Positions 1 to 15,678 of a stretch of 64,000 bases of DNA are shown in pieces. The notes beneath the pieces were generated by a model. That model saw only the letters and a list, made by a program, of their open reading frames with translations. It did not search any database and was not told the origin of the DNA. The translations under genes and the position numbers were made by a program. Source of the DNA: the human T2T-CHM13v2.0 reference genome, Homo sapiens; the NCBI RefSeq assembly GCF_009914755.1, contig NC_060937.1; one strand, given 5' to 3'. Every line of letters starts with the position of its first letter. The first letter of the stretch is position 1.

Positions 1-37
1 GCATTTTTACTGATGGAAGTATTTTTCCTTTTTTAAA

Positions 38-1250
38 ATAAACTTTTTATTTTAAAACAGTTTTATATTTACAGAAAAGTTGCAAATAATAGTACAAGGG
101 TTCCTACCCATCCATCAGCTAGTTTTCCCTGAGGTTAACATATTGCATTACTATAGTACATTTCTCAAAAGTAAGAAGCCAATGGTGGTAAAGTACTGCT
201 AGCTAAACTCCAGCCAAGGCAAGGCAGCCACAGCTGAGTGCCTTTACTCAGATTTCACCAGTTCTTCCACTAACGCCCTTTTCTGTTCAGGATCTAATTC
301 AGGATCCCACCTTGCATTTGGTGGTCCTCTCTCCTAGTCTCTCCTTAGGGCTGTGACAGTTTCTCATATTTTCCTTGTTTTTGATGAGCTTGACAGTTTT
401 GAGGAGTGCTGGACAGGCATTTTGTTGAAAGTCCCTCCACTGGGATTTGTCTGGTGTTTTCTCATGACTTGGCTGGATGACAGTGTTTTGGGGAAGAAGA
501 AAGACCACAGAGGCGAAGTGCCATTTTCATCACCTTATATCAAGGGTAACTACTGTTAACATGATTCATCACTGTGGATGCTGACCTTGATCCAGGTAGT
601 GCTTGCAAGTCCCTAAGCCAAGCTCCCACACTCAAAATGTGTGTATGGTGGCAAGTGTGGGAGGGGGGCTGAGCTTTGCCCCCTGGAGGGGGAATATCTA
701 TGGAAATTATTTGGAATTCTTCTGCACAGAAGAGTTGTCTCTTTCCCCTCCTCCCCCTGCCCCATGTATTTATTTCTTCAATAGCTTATTTATATTAAGA
801 TGGACCCCTGGATATTTATTTTATACTTTGGGTTTGTAATCCAATACTATTTACAGATGATCCTCAAATTACAATAGGGTTATGTCCCAACAAACCCATT
901 GTAAATTGAAAATCTTAAGTCAAAAATGCATTTAATACCCCCAATAAATCAATCATAAAGTTGAAATCGGAAGTGGCACCATCGTAAGTAGGGAAGTGCC
1001 TATATTTTCCTGCTTGTATTGTTCCAGCTTTGGCCACCAGGAGCTCTTCCAGGCTATCTCCTGTGCCCCTTTGAAGGTGTCCCTTCCTTACTTTTGCTCT
1101 TTGAGCCCTTCCTTACTTCTAGCACCATGAGACGCTCCAGGCTCATCTTGCATTTTTCCTGCCCCAATCCTAGAGTTGGCCACTTTTCCAAGGAGCCCTG
1201 GTTCCTTTTATTGGAGAATGGTGTTAGAAACGAAGACCTGGGTGCTGGGC
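38..1250 (-). mobile_element. Old L1M (L1MC/MD-like) 3' fragment, interrupted by a MER47 insertion
   Basis: Opens with the typical antisense L1M 3'-end pattern (aactttttattttaaaacagttttatatttacagaaaagttgcaaa); degenerate. Confidence 0.6.
854..1002. mobile_element. MER47/Tigger5-type TcMar DNA transposon fossil
   Basis: cagatgatcctcaaattacaatagggttatgtcccaacaaacccattgtaa resembles the MER47 TIR region; flanked by TA. Confidence 0.7.
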
Positions 1251-1259
1251 ATAAATTAG

Positions 1260-1657
1260 CGTATTAGGCTGTGTTTATGTTGCTTAAAAGGAATACTTGA
1301 GACTGGGTAATTTATAAAGAAAAGAGATATTATTTTGGCTCACAGTTCTGCAGCCTGTACAGGAAACTTGGTGCTGGCATCTGTTTCTGGTGAGGGCTTC
1401 AGGAAGCTTTTAATCATGACGAAGGCGACGGGCAGCCAGCATGTCACACGGAGAGAGCGTGAGCGAGAGAGAGGAGGAGGTGCTATATACTTTTAAACAA
1501 CCAGATCTCACAAGAACTCACTATCCAGAGGACAGTACCAAGCCATTCATGAGGAATCCGCCCTCATGACCCAAACACCTCCCACCAGGCCCCACCTCCA
1601 ACATTAGGGATCACATTTCAACATGATTTGGTGGAGACAGACATCCAAACTGTGTCA
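1260..1657 (-). mobile_element. MaLR solo LTR (MSTB-like)
   Basis: gagactgggtaatttataaagaaaag...cacctccaacattagggatcacatttcaacatg...tgtca; 5-bp TSD attag/gttag. Confidence 0.85.
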
Positions 1658-1736
1658 GTTAGATTTTTAAAACACTTCTTAGCATTTATTTTTAATTATA
1701 AAATTAATATACACTCTTGGAAAAATTTTCCTTCTT

Positions 1737-1875
1737 TCTGTTTGTTTGTTTGTTTTTGTAGAGACAGGTCTCACTTTGCTGCCCAGGCTGATCTCAAACT
1801 ACTGGTCTCAAGCAGTTTTCCCATGTTGGCCTCCCAAAGTGCTAGGATTGTAGGCATGAGCCACCACTCCAGGTC
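1737..1875 (-). mobile_element. Alu left monomer (FLAM/AluJ-like)
   Basis: Antisense Alu left arm with T-rich tail. Confidence 0.85.
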
Positions 1876-1927
1876 AAAATTTCTGAACAACATAGAAATG
1901 TACCAAGTTAGACATGAAAAAGTCCCT

Positions 1928-2259
<332 letters not shown>

Positions 2260-2837
2260 CTAAACTATCATTTAGGGTGTACTTAGGGTTTTTAACAATT
2301 TATAAACGAATGCATCTTTATAGTACAACATTTGAAAATGATTAAAAAGTATACATCAATAAGATTTCAGAATTTTTTGCACTGTTTGTAATGGGGAAAA
2401 TGAGAAAAAAATGTCCTTTATCAAGAATCGGAGATCAGTTCTAATCTAATCTCTAACTCTAAGAACCTGGTAAAAAGTATATAAAATAAAGACATTTAAT
2501 TATATGAGAAAGTGTTCACAATATATCTATTCAATGAAAAACAGCAGATTACAAAACACTACGTACAATATTTATTCCTTCCTTTTTGTAAAAATAAAAT
2601 TAAAAGTATTGGCACAAAAAAGATTAAAAGAACAAGTATCAGTATGTCATAGTGATTAATTCTGAATAATGCGGTAATTACAGGTGATTTTACCTTTCTT
2701 CCTTTTCTTTAAATGCATTTTCCAAATTCTGTACACTTAACATGCATTACTTTTGAACTAAGGAAGCAAAGTAATACAGGCAGTGCTTGCTTTACACAAT
2801 ATTGTGTTAACTGAAACTCTGCATATTGAAACTGTGA

Positions 2838-3191
<354 letters not shown>

Positions 3192-3521
3192 TTATGTTTT
3201 CTTTTAAAAAATCTTTGTTGGGAGCTCTAGGTCTGTTAAAAGAAAAAATTAAAAAAAAAATTTTTAAATCTTTGGACTTAATACAGAATGTGAAAATAAA
3301 CACTAGCAAAGGGAATGGAAATTGAATTGATGTATTCACTATTCACTCATTCACTCAACAAATATTTTATTGACCATTTACTATGCCAGCCACTGTTATG
3401 GGTGCCAGGGACACAGGGAGCCAGTATATAGGCCCAAGGATGTCCTCTAGAGAATTATTTATGATAGTGAAACACTGAAAACTACCTAAATGTCAAAACT
3501 ACATTAAGAAAATTATGATAG

Positions 3522-3915
<394 letters not shown>

Positions 3916-4110
3916 TTAAAATTATTTGTTATAATGAACAAGAGCAGACAACAAAATATAGGCCACAGTGCCATTTTTCACTAACAATGTATGTGTGTTT
4001 GAATTTGTGTGTAAATATTTTTATATTCATACCCGTATTCTATTTTAGCGTAAAACCACCTCTCACTCTACATAGAGGCTGGGGAAGAAGATGGCCCTTG
4101 TCTAAGAACT

Positions 4111-4387
4111 TTCTTTTTTTTGAGACGGAGTCTCACCCTGTCATCCAGGCTGGAGTGCAGTAGCACGATCTTGGCTCACTGCAAGCTCCGTGATTCTCTT
4201 GCCCCAGCCTCCTGAGTATCTGGGATTACAGGCACGTGTCACCACGCTCAGCTAATTTTTTGTATCTTTAGTAGAGATGGGGTTTCACCATGTTGGCCAG
4301 GCTGGTCTCAAACTCTTGACCTCATGATCTGCCCGTCTCATCCTCCCAAAGTGTTGGAATTACAGGTGTGAGCCACGGCACCCAGCC
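4111..4387 (-). mobile_element. Alu (AluS) with a small right-arm deletion
   Basis: Antisense dimer; gcaagctccg|tgattct lacks ~15 nt of consensus. Confidence 0.95.
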
Positions 4388-4589
4388 CTAACAACTCTTT
4401 AAAGTGAAACCTCAAAGCATCTGCTAAATCCTTGGATGTGTAAACAGGGGCCTAGAAATAACTCTGGGTTTGAGCTTCAAGAGAGTGGTATTGCTGTGCG
4501 TAAGAAAAATGGTAGATTTTTTAGGCTGTTCTGAGTGGGTAGAGAAGGGATGACTGAAGTAGATTTCATTTGCTTCCCTAAACTTTCAG

Positions 4590-4626
4590 TCAAGCCACCA
4601 TGCAAGGCCTTGACTTGATATTGTGT
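4590..4626 (+). other. Candidate 37-nt internal exon
   Basis: Acceptor ttgcttccctaaactttcAG at 4588-4589 and donor GTGAGT at 4627 in non-repeat DNA; contains gccaccATG. No transcript evidence available. Confidence 0.3.
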
Positions 4627-4893
4627 GTGAGTGTGTATTTGTCAATCAAGAAAAGGGACTGAGCTTCACATGTGGGTTAATGCTGGTCTATCAATGAAGG
4701 AAGAGCTACGAGTGCAAAGAAAAGGAGCACCATGGAGGCAGGAACTTGGAGCTAATGGTAATCATCAGGACATAAACCTCAGTGAGGAAAAAGGCCATGT
4801 CACATTTCTATTTGTATTCTTGGCATTTAGCTAAGTGGTGCATCCATTTACACTTAATTTAACAGGGGCTGGAGTATTTGTAAGCCAAATAAG

Positions 4894-5048
<155 letters not shown>

Positions 5049-6019
5049 TAACACTTGCCTATATAGTGTCAAGTGTTGCAATAGTAAGCACTAAAAGTTC
5101 AATCGTGTATTCTTTTTTATTTCATCCCATATGTTGAGAATCATTATCTCTGGGATAAGCACAATCTTACCTCCAGGTTATGCATTAACCCTGATGTCTG
5201 TCACCTCTCCCAGTTTCTTTGCTCTTCACAATGTCCTCATTATCAACATCATCAGCATCCTCACACTCATCATAGTGAAGACGTACATTTAGCTCATTAT
5301 GTACCAGGGATTGTTCTGAATGCTTTATGTTTATTAATTCTCTTACTTTTCACTACAACCCTATGGGGTAATTACAGCTGAGGGAACCAAGATACAGAAG
5401 TTAAGTCCTCTTTTATTCTTACCCTATAAACAAGCCCTGGGTACCCTCATTCATTCACATGGCCTCAAAGATCACCATCCACAGATGACTCAGGCTTAAA
5501 TGCAAGCTCCATGAGTCCACCAACTTTCCATGACTGTTGGGTTCTCCCATATATCCCCATTATCTAGCCCAGGACTTCAATAAATATTTATTGAAAGACT
5601 GAATGAACCTAGCCCAGAACTCCCTTCTCACCTGCAGTCTCACCCTCTCTATTTGCCTGCCCCACAGGCACCTCATACTCAAAACCTCCGGACCACAACT
5701 CATTGCCTCCAACTCTTCTCTACCTATGAACATGATCTCTGTTTGGTATTTCCTCTTTCTCCTTGAATGGCACCAGCATCTCTCTATCACTTAAGTCATT
5801 TTTTCCCTTATTCACTCTATTCAGCCTGTCCCCAATTTCCATAGCTTCAACTGCTTAAAAGCCTCTGAAATCCACTTGCCCCTCTCCATTCCTACCCTAA
5901 CCTAAGCGGTGATCTAGAGCAGACCCTGGAGATAGATTTCCTGGGTTTAAACACTGCTACTTACTAGCTATGGTGTGTTGGGCAAGTCATTTAAGTGTGC
6001 CTCAGGCACATTTATATTA

Positions 6020-6520
6020 TTTAGGAATTTTTTTATTACAAACCAAACCCAAACTGCCTTCAACAACAACAACAACAACAAAAAGGAATTTTTTTGTTCA
6101 TCTAGTGGTATCAGGGTGTCCAGCTAGCTCTAGGAGCCCATCGTGGCACATGCACTTCCTCTCTCTGTTAGGGCTGGTTTCCTCTGTACTGACGCTCCAC
6201 TTTCACACAGGCTCTTCCATCATGGTAGCAATATTGTTGCCAGAGCACCAGTTTTGCATTGTATCCTCTTGAGAGCCTCAGAGGAAACTGAGCACTTTCC
6301 CTTATTTTTTTCCTTACAAAAAGCTCAGGATTACTTGATGTTGATTGGCCAGGACCTATCACATGGCCCTTAGACCTAAAGATGGGGATTAATCTCATGC
6401 AACCACATGGGACAAGAGTGAAAGGAGGGGGTGGGGGTAAGCAATGAAGACTGGGGTGTTCTTTCCAGGAAAAAGAAGTACAGATGGATGCTAGTCCTGC
6501 AGAAATAGCATTCGTGCACA
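6020..6520 (-). mobile_element. Old MaLR LTR (MLT1K/L-like)
   Basis: caaacccaaactgcctt...aaggaattt and gattggccaggacctatcacatg motifs; degenerate. Confidence 0.5.
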
Positions 6521-7099
6521 TGTATGCATAATAATGGCTTCCCCGTAGCCTGTCTGGTTGTTCTTCAGATAGTTCTCCATGTTGTTGCTGAAAAGAGCTG
6601 TCTGAAATGCAAGCTAGTTATCATGATATGAAAGCTCACAGGAGTGACCAACTCTTGTTCATCTTGAGGTCCTAAGCCCTAGCACAAGATTCATTCCACA
6701 GAGTTCCCCAGCATCAATCAGTGCTTGGCCCAAGATTGATGCTTAGGAAATCTGTGGGATGAATTACCTTTTCTGAGTCTCACAAGTGCTAGGATGTGCC
6801 AGGGCAGGTGTGATGACCCATGTTTCATGTGGCAAAGCACCAGGAGAAACCGAATGCAATAGGAATCCACAGAAGTCACCAAGATGGGACAAGCAGAGGT
6901 AGGGTTTTTGCTGAATTTTGAAGGATAAAGAAGATACTAATGGGTATACTAGAGTGTCCCAGCTGAGCCAGGTGGATGCTGGGTATGGAAAGCACAGTTA
7001 CCGATAAGGAAAAGGCTGACCTCCCTGGAGCCAAGTATGCAGGGGCACCTCGGTGCTGCTCAAATTCTAGCAGAGAAGACAGGTCTGTACATGAGAAGA

Positions 7100-7737
<638 letters not shown>

Positions 7738-8158
7738 TGAATTAGCAAAGGGAATTATTCATCTGGCTTGAGGCTAGGTAAATCAATAACATGTTCTAAA
7801 TATGGCTAGCATATTATCTGGTACATAGCAAATCCTCAATAAAAGGTAGATATATAATGGCTATTATTTATAGATGTCTTGAAATATCAGAAGCCCTGAA
7901 TTCAACATCCAGAGCCCAGGGCAGTAGAGGCTGAGCAGACAAGACAGGTAGAGGGAAGGAGAGAAGGAAGGCACGTGGTGGCAGCTGCTGCTTGCCCAGA
8001 AAGAGTTAATGGGGGAGTGGAGCTGGGCAGCTCGAGAAGGTACAGAGCAGGGTTTCCTTTAGGCAGAGGGCTCCTGGGACTTCTATAAGAAGCTGGGACT
8101 TGAGTTGTGGGGACTGAGATTGGGAAGGAAAAAAAATCCTAATCCAAATCTTGTGGGG

Positions 8159-8461
8159 TTTTTTGTTTTGTTTTGTTTTGAGACGGAGTCTCACTCTGTC
8201 GCCCAGGCTGGAGTGCAGTGGTGTTATCCTGGCTCACTGCAAACTCTGGCTCCCGGGTTCAAGGGATTCTCATGCCTCAGCTTCCTGAGTAGCTGGGATT
8301 ACAGGTGCATGCCACCATGCCTGGCTGATTTTTGTATTTTTAGTGGAGACAGGTTTCACCATGTTGACCAGGCTGGTCTTGAGCTCCTGACCTAAGGTGA
8401 TCCTCCCACCTCGGCCTCTCAAAGTTCTGGGATTACAGACATGAGCCACCGTGCTGGGGCC
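8159..8461 (-). mobile_element. Alu (AluSx-like)
   Basis: Full dimer; TSD caaatcttgt. Confidence 0.95.
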
Positions 8462-9007
8462 AAATCTTGTTTTAATTATAAATTGACACTGGCAAGGTCT
8501 AGTTTAGTTCAACTTCAAAACTCCAGGCCATATCTACTGAGCATTTACTATATTTGAAGCACTTGCTGGCTCCAGTGAAGGACAGAGAGTTGAGTCACAC
8601 ACATGTGGTTCAGGACCCATAGGAAACACATTTTCTTGGGGAAGACAGAGAGGTAGGTCACAGCTAACTTAAATCGTGTGATAACATGCTTGCTCCAATA
8701 GTGATACCCAGCAGAGCGGGGGTGATCATAGGAAGGACTCCTCGGGAAGAGAGAGCAAGGCTGGAGAAAAGATAAAGGGAGGTCAAAACCATGTTGGTAA
8801 CCAAAAACACGAAATTCAGGGAAAATATCTATTTCTTGGTTTTGGTCTGTTTTGTCTTTTTTTTTTTTTTTTTGCTGAAATTATGTCAACAAGTTCAGTG
8901 TTACCTTTAGCTAGCTAAATAATATGGCTGGAAAAGATCATTTAATTAAGACAGATTGCATATCTGAGCACAGCATAGCTATCAATAAGTGGTTTTTGTC
9001 TTTTCAG

Positions 9008-9285
9008 AAGCAAAATATGCTGAAATTCAAGAACTGGGCATGAATGACTGTGTCACTCGCCAGAGCTGAGCCACCTCCAAGCAGTGAGCCAGGCCAATCA
9101 TGTGAGGCCCTGCCACCTTCAGACAGTGTCCTGTCCCCCTTCACCAGGAACAAACAGAGGACGGCCTGTCGCCTCTCAGCTCCCTGCCTGCCCTCAGACT
9201 TTCACATACTCTTTATCAAGTTTTACAGAGCTTTTCTGACTCTGTAACAAACAGTCAAATAAAAATGCTGTGTTCCCAAAACTAG
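9008..9285 (+). other. Candidate 3'-terminal exon with poly(A) signal
   Basis: Acceptor ggtttttgtcttttcAG (AG at 9006-9007), unique sequence, TGTA at 9243 and AATAAA at 9258-9263; end is approximate. Confidence 0.4.
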
Positions 9286-9487
9286 AAAATGTTCTCCATC
9301 TGGACTTTTCCCAGGGCCTCAAATTTAAATTGTTGAAATTCTTTATCCCATGCTGCCCTCCTCACCAGCCTTTTTGAAATGGATAATTTACCATTAAGGA
9401 AAATCTGCACTTTATTATATAAATAGTAAAAGTACTGTGCTTATTTAACTCTCAAAAGAAACAATTTTTTTGCCTTGTAAGAGATTC

Positions 9488-9583
9488 GATAGATAGATGA
9501 TAGATAGAATACATAGATAGTTAGATAGATAGATAGATGATAGATAGATAGATAGATAGATGGATAGAAGATAGATAGATAGA
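9488..9583 (+). repeat. Compound (GATA)n tetranucleotide microsatellite
   Basis: Interrupted gatagatagata runs. Confidence 0.95.
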
Positions 9584-9803
9584 GCAGCAAATATATCTCA
9601 AGAAAAGGAAGACTTGAGACACATGGACATACGGATCGTGTACCTTTAAAGACGTCTCTGCTGTTAGGATCCTGAGTGTCATATGCTGAAGTTAATTGAA
9701 GATGAGTTACAAAGAAAACAAAAGAAAGGAACATGAGCACACTTTTATAGATTCACTAATCTACCAGGATTAAAGTGGTCATCAAGCACTTGCCATATGT
9801 TCA

Positions 9804-10168
<365 letters not shown>

Positions 10169-12806
10169 TTACACAGAAGGTGTGGGCCCAAGTTCATTTG
10201 TATTTTTTTTTTCTCAGAGCAAATTTCTGGTAGGCATAAATCTTTGTTTCCTATATGATATGTTAAATCAAGTTTTGTGGGTAGCCTAGGGCGTGGCCAG
10301 CATTTATTGTTTATATGGAAAGTGTTATACAGGTTTCATACCTCTCTCTAGGACTCACCACCTGCTCCCTCTCCCCATCACAGGAAGAATGGCAGGACTG
10401 AGGTGGCAGGTGCAAAGTCTCCACCTTGGCCTCTGGCTCTCTTCCATGACCTCTAACTTTGCCTCAGTTCCTCAGGCACTCAATCAGTTCCTAAGGAGAG
10501 CATTGGCCTCCTGTGAGCTGGATCCTCATGAGACTCTTGGTTTGAGAATCAGCCTCTCCTGATCAAAGTTGCGTGGGGAGGATTCTGGATTCTTCTGGTG
10601 GATCCACTTCCTCTCCACTGGCCCACAGAGGTGCAAGAGTTCCACAGGCCGGTCATGTTCAGAACAGGAGATGATCTCAGGCCATCAGGAGACAAGAAAA
10701 TCTTGGCTGGTTCAGTGATCTGGGGTAGGTGGTTTTGCCAGGGTTCCTTGGGGATAAGGCAGCCTAGGTCTGGGAGCTCTGTCTTCAGCTCCCACATCCA
10801 AGCAGGGAACCCAGCCCTCATTCCTTCAGGTGACAGGAGGCTCAGGCACCAACTTGAGAACAAGAGGAATGGTCCAACCAAGGGACCCATATGTCCCAGC
10901 TTCACCAACAATTCCAAAGTCCTCTTGGTCAGCACCCAACATCGACTTCGAAGGCAAGTTCAAGGGCAATTCCAAGGATGGAGCCTCCAGTCACGCCTGC
11001 CTTCAGTGGACATTCTCCACTTTTCTTGCTTTGGAAGGATCCCGATGAGGCTGTGCCAAATGACTGGGCAGGCCTTGTCTTGTTGGAGTCACACGTTCCC
11101 CAACTGCCCTGCCATAAATGGTTCGGGACCAATCCACTGCAGAAATTCCCTTTGGTGGGTTTCCAAAGTAGTGTCTCACCAGAGAACTCCAGGGTGAGTT
11201 CTGATCTCAGAATTGCGGGTTGGTGATAGACACTGGGTATGTATGGGGAGTTGAGAACATTATTGAGTTTCACAAGGTACATTCAAGGTCCTGATATAGA
11301 CTCCATATGCCTGAATGTAAGTGTAGGGGTCAATTAATGAAACTGCTTTCACCCACCCGAAGTATCGTAGAGGGGAAGCAAGAATTGCCCAAGTAGAAGT
11401 CAGAGAAAACTGAGAAGGAAAGGCTGGCCCTGTCAAGGGTGGAGGAGGATGGTTAGCAGGACTTTATATTCAGTGTTATCTTCAGGAGAAATTCAGAGCA
11501 TGGGGCAAGCTCAAATCCAGTTCAGGCAATGACCAGAGTCTGAGGGAGTCACTGGGGTATGGGGCTGGTTCTGGGCAATATCTAAAGTTTCCACAGGCAA
11601 TAAGAGAACTCGAATGGGTCAGAGAGGAGCTGAGACATCAGAAAAGATTTTATAAGGATTTTCTAAAAGCTTATCCCTGCACTAGGGTTAAAAGCTGGTG
11701 TTGACCTGACAAGAGGGCAGCTGAGGTTTAGGTAGGCTGCAGTGTGGACAGAGAAGCTGGACTCTGAAGACCCAGACTCCAAACCCATTGTCTATTTTAC
11801 TCCAGCACAATAGCATATTTCCGGGGGAAATATGTTTCAGAATGTTGCAGATATTTTGGCTCCTTCTATGTGAAGTAATGGGCACAGTCATCTAATGGGA
11901 CAATGCCTTTGAAGAAATGGTTCAAGGATAACCTTGCTGATCCAGACAACCATGTGGATATGTGTATGTATAATGTTAAGCCAGTGTTTACAATCAGATA
12001 AAAATAATGGGGATATTTTATGAGCTCTTAACTGTTAATACTTTTTACATCTATGTGCATTTATTAGTTACAAAGAATACTTACTTGGTAAAAACACCAA
12101 AAACTCCATCACAAAATTATTGAGGGAGAAAAAATTGAGTATTTACAAAAATGTAGCTTTGAAGGAATTAGGAATTTTAAAAAGTCATCTAGTCAATAAT
12201 TAATGCTTATAATCAAAACAGTAGATGATGCTTTTATATTGGGAATGAGATGTCAGGCAAAAAAATAACTTTGAACATACTACTGGTTTCTGTGGATTTC
12301 TAAATGGGCTATGCTACTATACTCATGTACCTATAGACAGGTGTCTCAAATACTTTCCACAGCTGGTGAAGGGTTTCAGAGTTTCACAATTAATACATGG
12401 AGAAGAGAGCTTATTAAAGGAGCCCGGTCTAGGCCCAGTTGGCACCTCTGCCAAGGGCAAAGATAGTATCACAGATGGTTCTATCTCCTGACACATTCCT
12501 AGTACTCCAGGAAGGAGCACTGTGCACACCTATTAATCAGGGAGGTCTTCATGCTTCTATTGTCAACTCCAACAATGCATCTACTTGGACTCTGCTCTCC
12601 TGTCTTTATTATAGTCATAAGTGCATAATGTTGCTTTTGAAATTCCACAACTATATTGCAATTTTTACAATCTAGTATAACCCAGCAGGTACCCAAGTTT
12701 AACAGACAGTTTCACATTAAATACTGTTAAAGGTATAAAATATTACTTAAATTATCAAATGAGTCTTTTTGACAATATAATTGCAAGTTAAAGCCTCATT
12801 AATTTA

Positions 12807-13150
<344 letters not shown>

Positions 13151-13151
13151 C

Positions 13152-13365
13152 CAGGGGCATCCAATCTTTTGGATTCCCTGGACCACATTGGAAGAAGAAT
13201 TGTCTTCACCCACACATAAAATACACTAAATACTAACTATAGCTGATGAGCTAAAAAAAAAAAAATCTCATAATGTTTTAAGAAAGTTTATGAACTTGTG
13301 TTGGGCTGCGTTCAAAGCCATCCTGGGCTGCACGTGGCCCACAGGCCACAGGTTGGACAAGCTTG
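13152..13365 (+). mobile_element. MER30 hAT-Charlie MITE
   Basis: caggggcatccaatcttttgg...ccacattggaagaagaattgtc...ggttggacaagcttg matches the MER30 consensus. Confidence 0.9.
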
Positions 13366-14861
13366 TCTTAAGACATTAGTGCCTTTTGAACAATGGGCTT
13401 AAGATGGTAGAACTTTCTAGAATAGAGCTCCTCATAGGGTTGTTCTACAACATTTAAATTAGATTCTTCCTGAGGCAAACTGGTCACCTGATCACCTTAA
13501 AGCATCTCTGGGACTCTCAATGCCCAAAATTCTTGTGCTCTGAGTTCTGAATTTCATGTGGGTATTTTAAGCAGCTGTGCCTTTATAATGATATAAATGC
13601 CACACTCCTCACAATGGCTAGCTTTTCAGCATAGTAAATGTCATCTCTGGTTTTCTTTCTCATAAAGAACATTTCCACATGAAAATTGCCACCTTTGGGC
13701 TATGCTTTTTGCTAAGTTCAGACCTTATATGTAATAGGGGTAGGCTCTTACTTATATCATCTAATTTTTCAGGGCTCTAAAAAAAATTCATAAAACCTCC
13801 ATTGACTGGTAATGACAGATGAGTTCTAAGACCAAATTCAGGTTATGCAGGAAAAGGTGCTATAGGGAAGGCGTTGAACTCTGCTATAATGCAATTACAC
13901 CAGGAAGAAAAATCTGAACTGTTGACAGTCATTTGTACCTTCCTGAGAATGAAACTCCAAAAGCAGAGGGAAAGCAGGAGAGGAGAGAGAATCAACAGGA
14001 CACGCGCACCCTGTGAGGAAGAGTTATGCGGTAAGGGGAGGTCAAAGACCTTCACTGTTGTGGCTAGCGATGAAAATAAAACAACATGTTACCAGAACGG
14101 AATTGTCCAAGAGTATTCCAAGGTTGGAACTGAGATCATCGCAGGACAATGACTGCCCATTCTTCCTGGCCCCAGCACTTATTGCAGCACTTGGAACATA
14201 GTGACAGCTCAGCAAATGTTGGCATTTTTAATGAATAACTATTTGTTGTGTGTGTGTGTGTGTTTTTTTTTTAGCAATTAAGAAAAACCTCTTTACACTG
14301 ACAAGATATAATTCTCTGGGCCAATAATTTTAGGAACAGAGACATTTGAATCAAAGGTGTGAAGAAATGAACACGTTTTTTGCTTTCCCTTCATGAGAGC
14401 CTAGGTTCCAAACATGCTTCCCTTGATTGAACAAGCTGAACCAATCCAGATGGCCTGGGGGATAGTAGGTGAAAATAGTAGCAACCAGAGCTTGTTTTAG
14501 AGTATTTTCTCATTGCATTTAACGTTCAAAAGAAAGCTCACAGTCACTTCCCTTACAGAACACCCCCATCACACAACGACATACACACGCATACACAGGT
14601 CCGTGGATGTCTCCCTTTAATAATATTTTACAGCTAACAAAGAGATTGTGTATGCCAGGAAATGGAGGCCCAGAGAGGTGAGGTGAAATGCCTCTACAGT
14701 CCCATCTAGAATATGACAATATTTCTTAAACACAAGCCCAGTGTTTTCCCCAATGTACAAATAATAAAATTCTAGAAATACTGTCTGGATGCACAGTCCC
14801 AATCTACCTAGGTTTCTGTACATCTCATAATAGCAATAATGCTAGAAATCTTGAAGTGAAA

Positions 14862-14983
14862 GTTTTATTTTATTTTTTATTTTTTTGTGGAGATGGGGTC
14901 TCAATATTCCTGGCCTCAATCAATCCTCCCACCTCAGCCTCCCACATTGTTGGGATTACAGGTGTGGGCCACAGTACCTGGCA
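14862..14983 (-). mobile_element. Partial Alu left monomer
   Basis: cctcccacctcagcctcccacattgttgggattacaggtgtgggccac. Confidence 0.85.
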
Positions 14984-15498
14984 GAAAAGAAAGATATTTA
15001 AATGGAATTGAAGTAGGCTCTACTGGGCCCTTAATTTAAGGGGCACAGTGGGAGGTTAGCAGGAATTTCAAACAGTTCACCATGGTTTGCCTACTTTTCC
15101 ATATTGTTGCTTCCTTCTGCTCAGTGACTGAGTCACAGTTGTTTCACCGCCTCATAACATGTTAAATTCCCTTTCATCTTAGGAGTACTCTGCAGTTGCC
15201 ATTTGAGACTATGGTCTCGCTAATCAGAGCCAGAATTTGTCATCCGTCATTTGCTATGTGTCCTTATCTATTAATACTAGACTCTGGGAATATAGAAGGA
15301 GACTTCAGTGTTCTCCATGGTACTCAGATGTGAAGATCTATGTGAGGACTTCTCCATTACTGAAGGGTACATACCATGTATCATAAGATACCAATAACCA
15401 ACAGAAAGGAGATAAAGTCACGGGTAAGCCTGAGGACAAAACCCTGTAACTGGTTGTAAATGTAACATAAGCAGGTTTCTCTTCTTCTCTCTTTAGAT

Positions 15499-15678
15499 CA
15501 GAGGTTAGCAAACTTTTTCTACAAGAGGGCCTGATATTAAGTATTTCAGCTTTGCGGGTCACACCACCTATGTCACAAGTCTTTGATTCTACCATTGCAG
15601 CAGAAAACTACTTAGGCAATACAGAAATGAATGGACGTGGCTGGATTTGGCCCATGAGCCATAGTTTGGCAACCCCTG
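15499..15678 (+). mobile_element. MER58A hAT-Charlie MITE
   Basis: cagaggttagcaaactttttc...tagtttggcaacccctg; 8-bp TSD ctttagat/ctctagat. Confidence 0.85.

Noticed and set aside
10549-11282. Possible endogenous bornavirus N or retroviral gag remnant
   Set aside because: The translations show no motif I can match to bornavirus N, capsid MHR, zinc knuckle, RT or integrase; it is kept only as an unexplained island.
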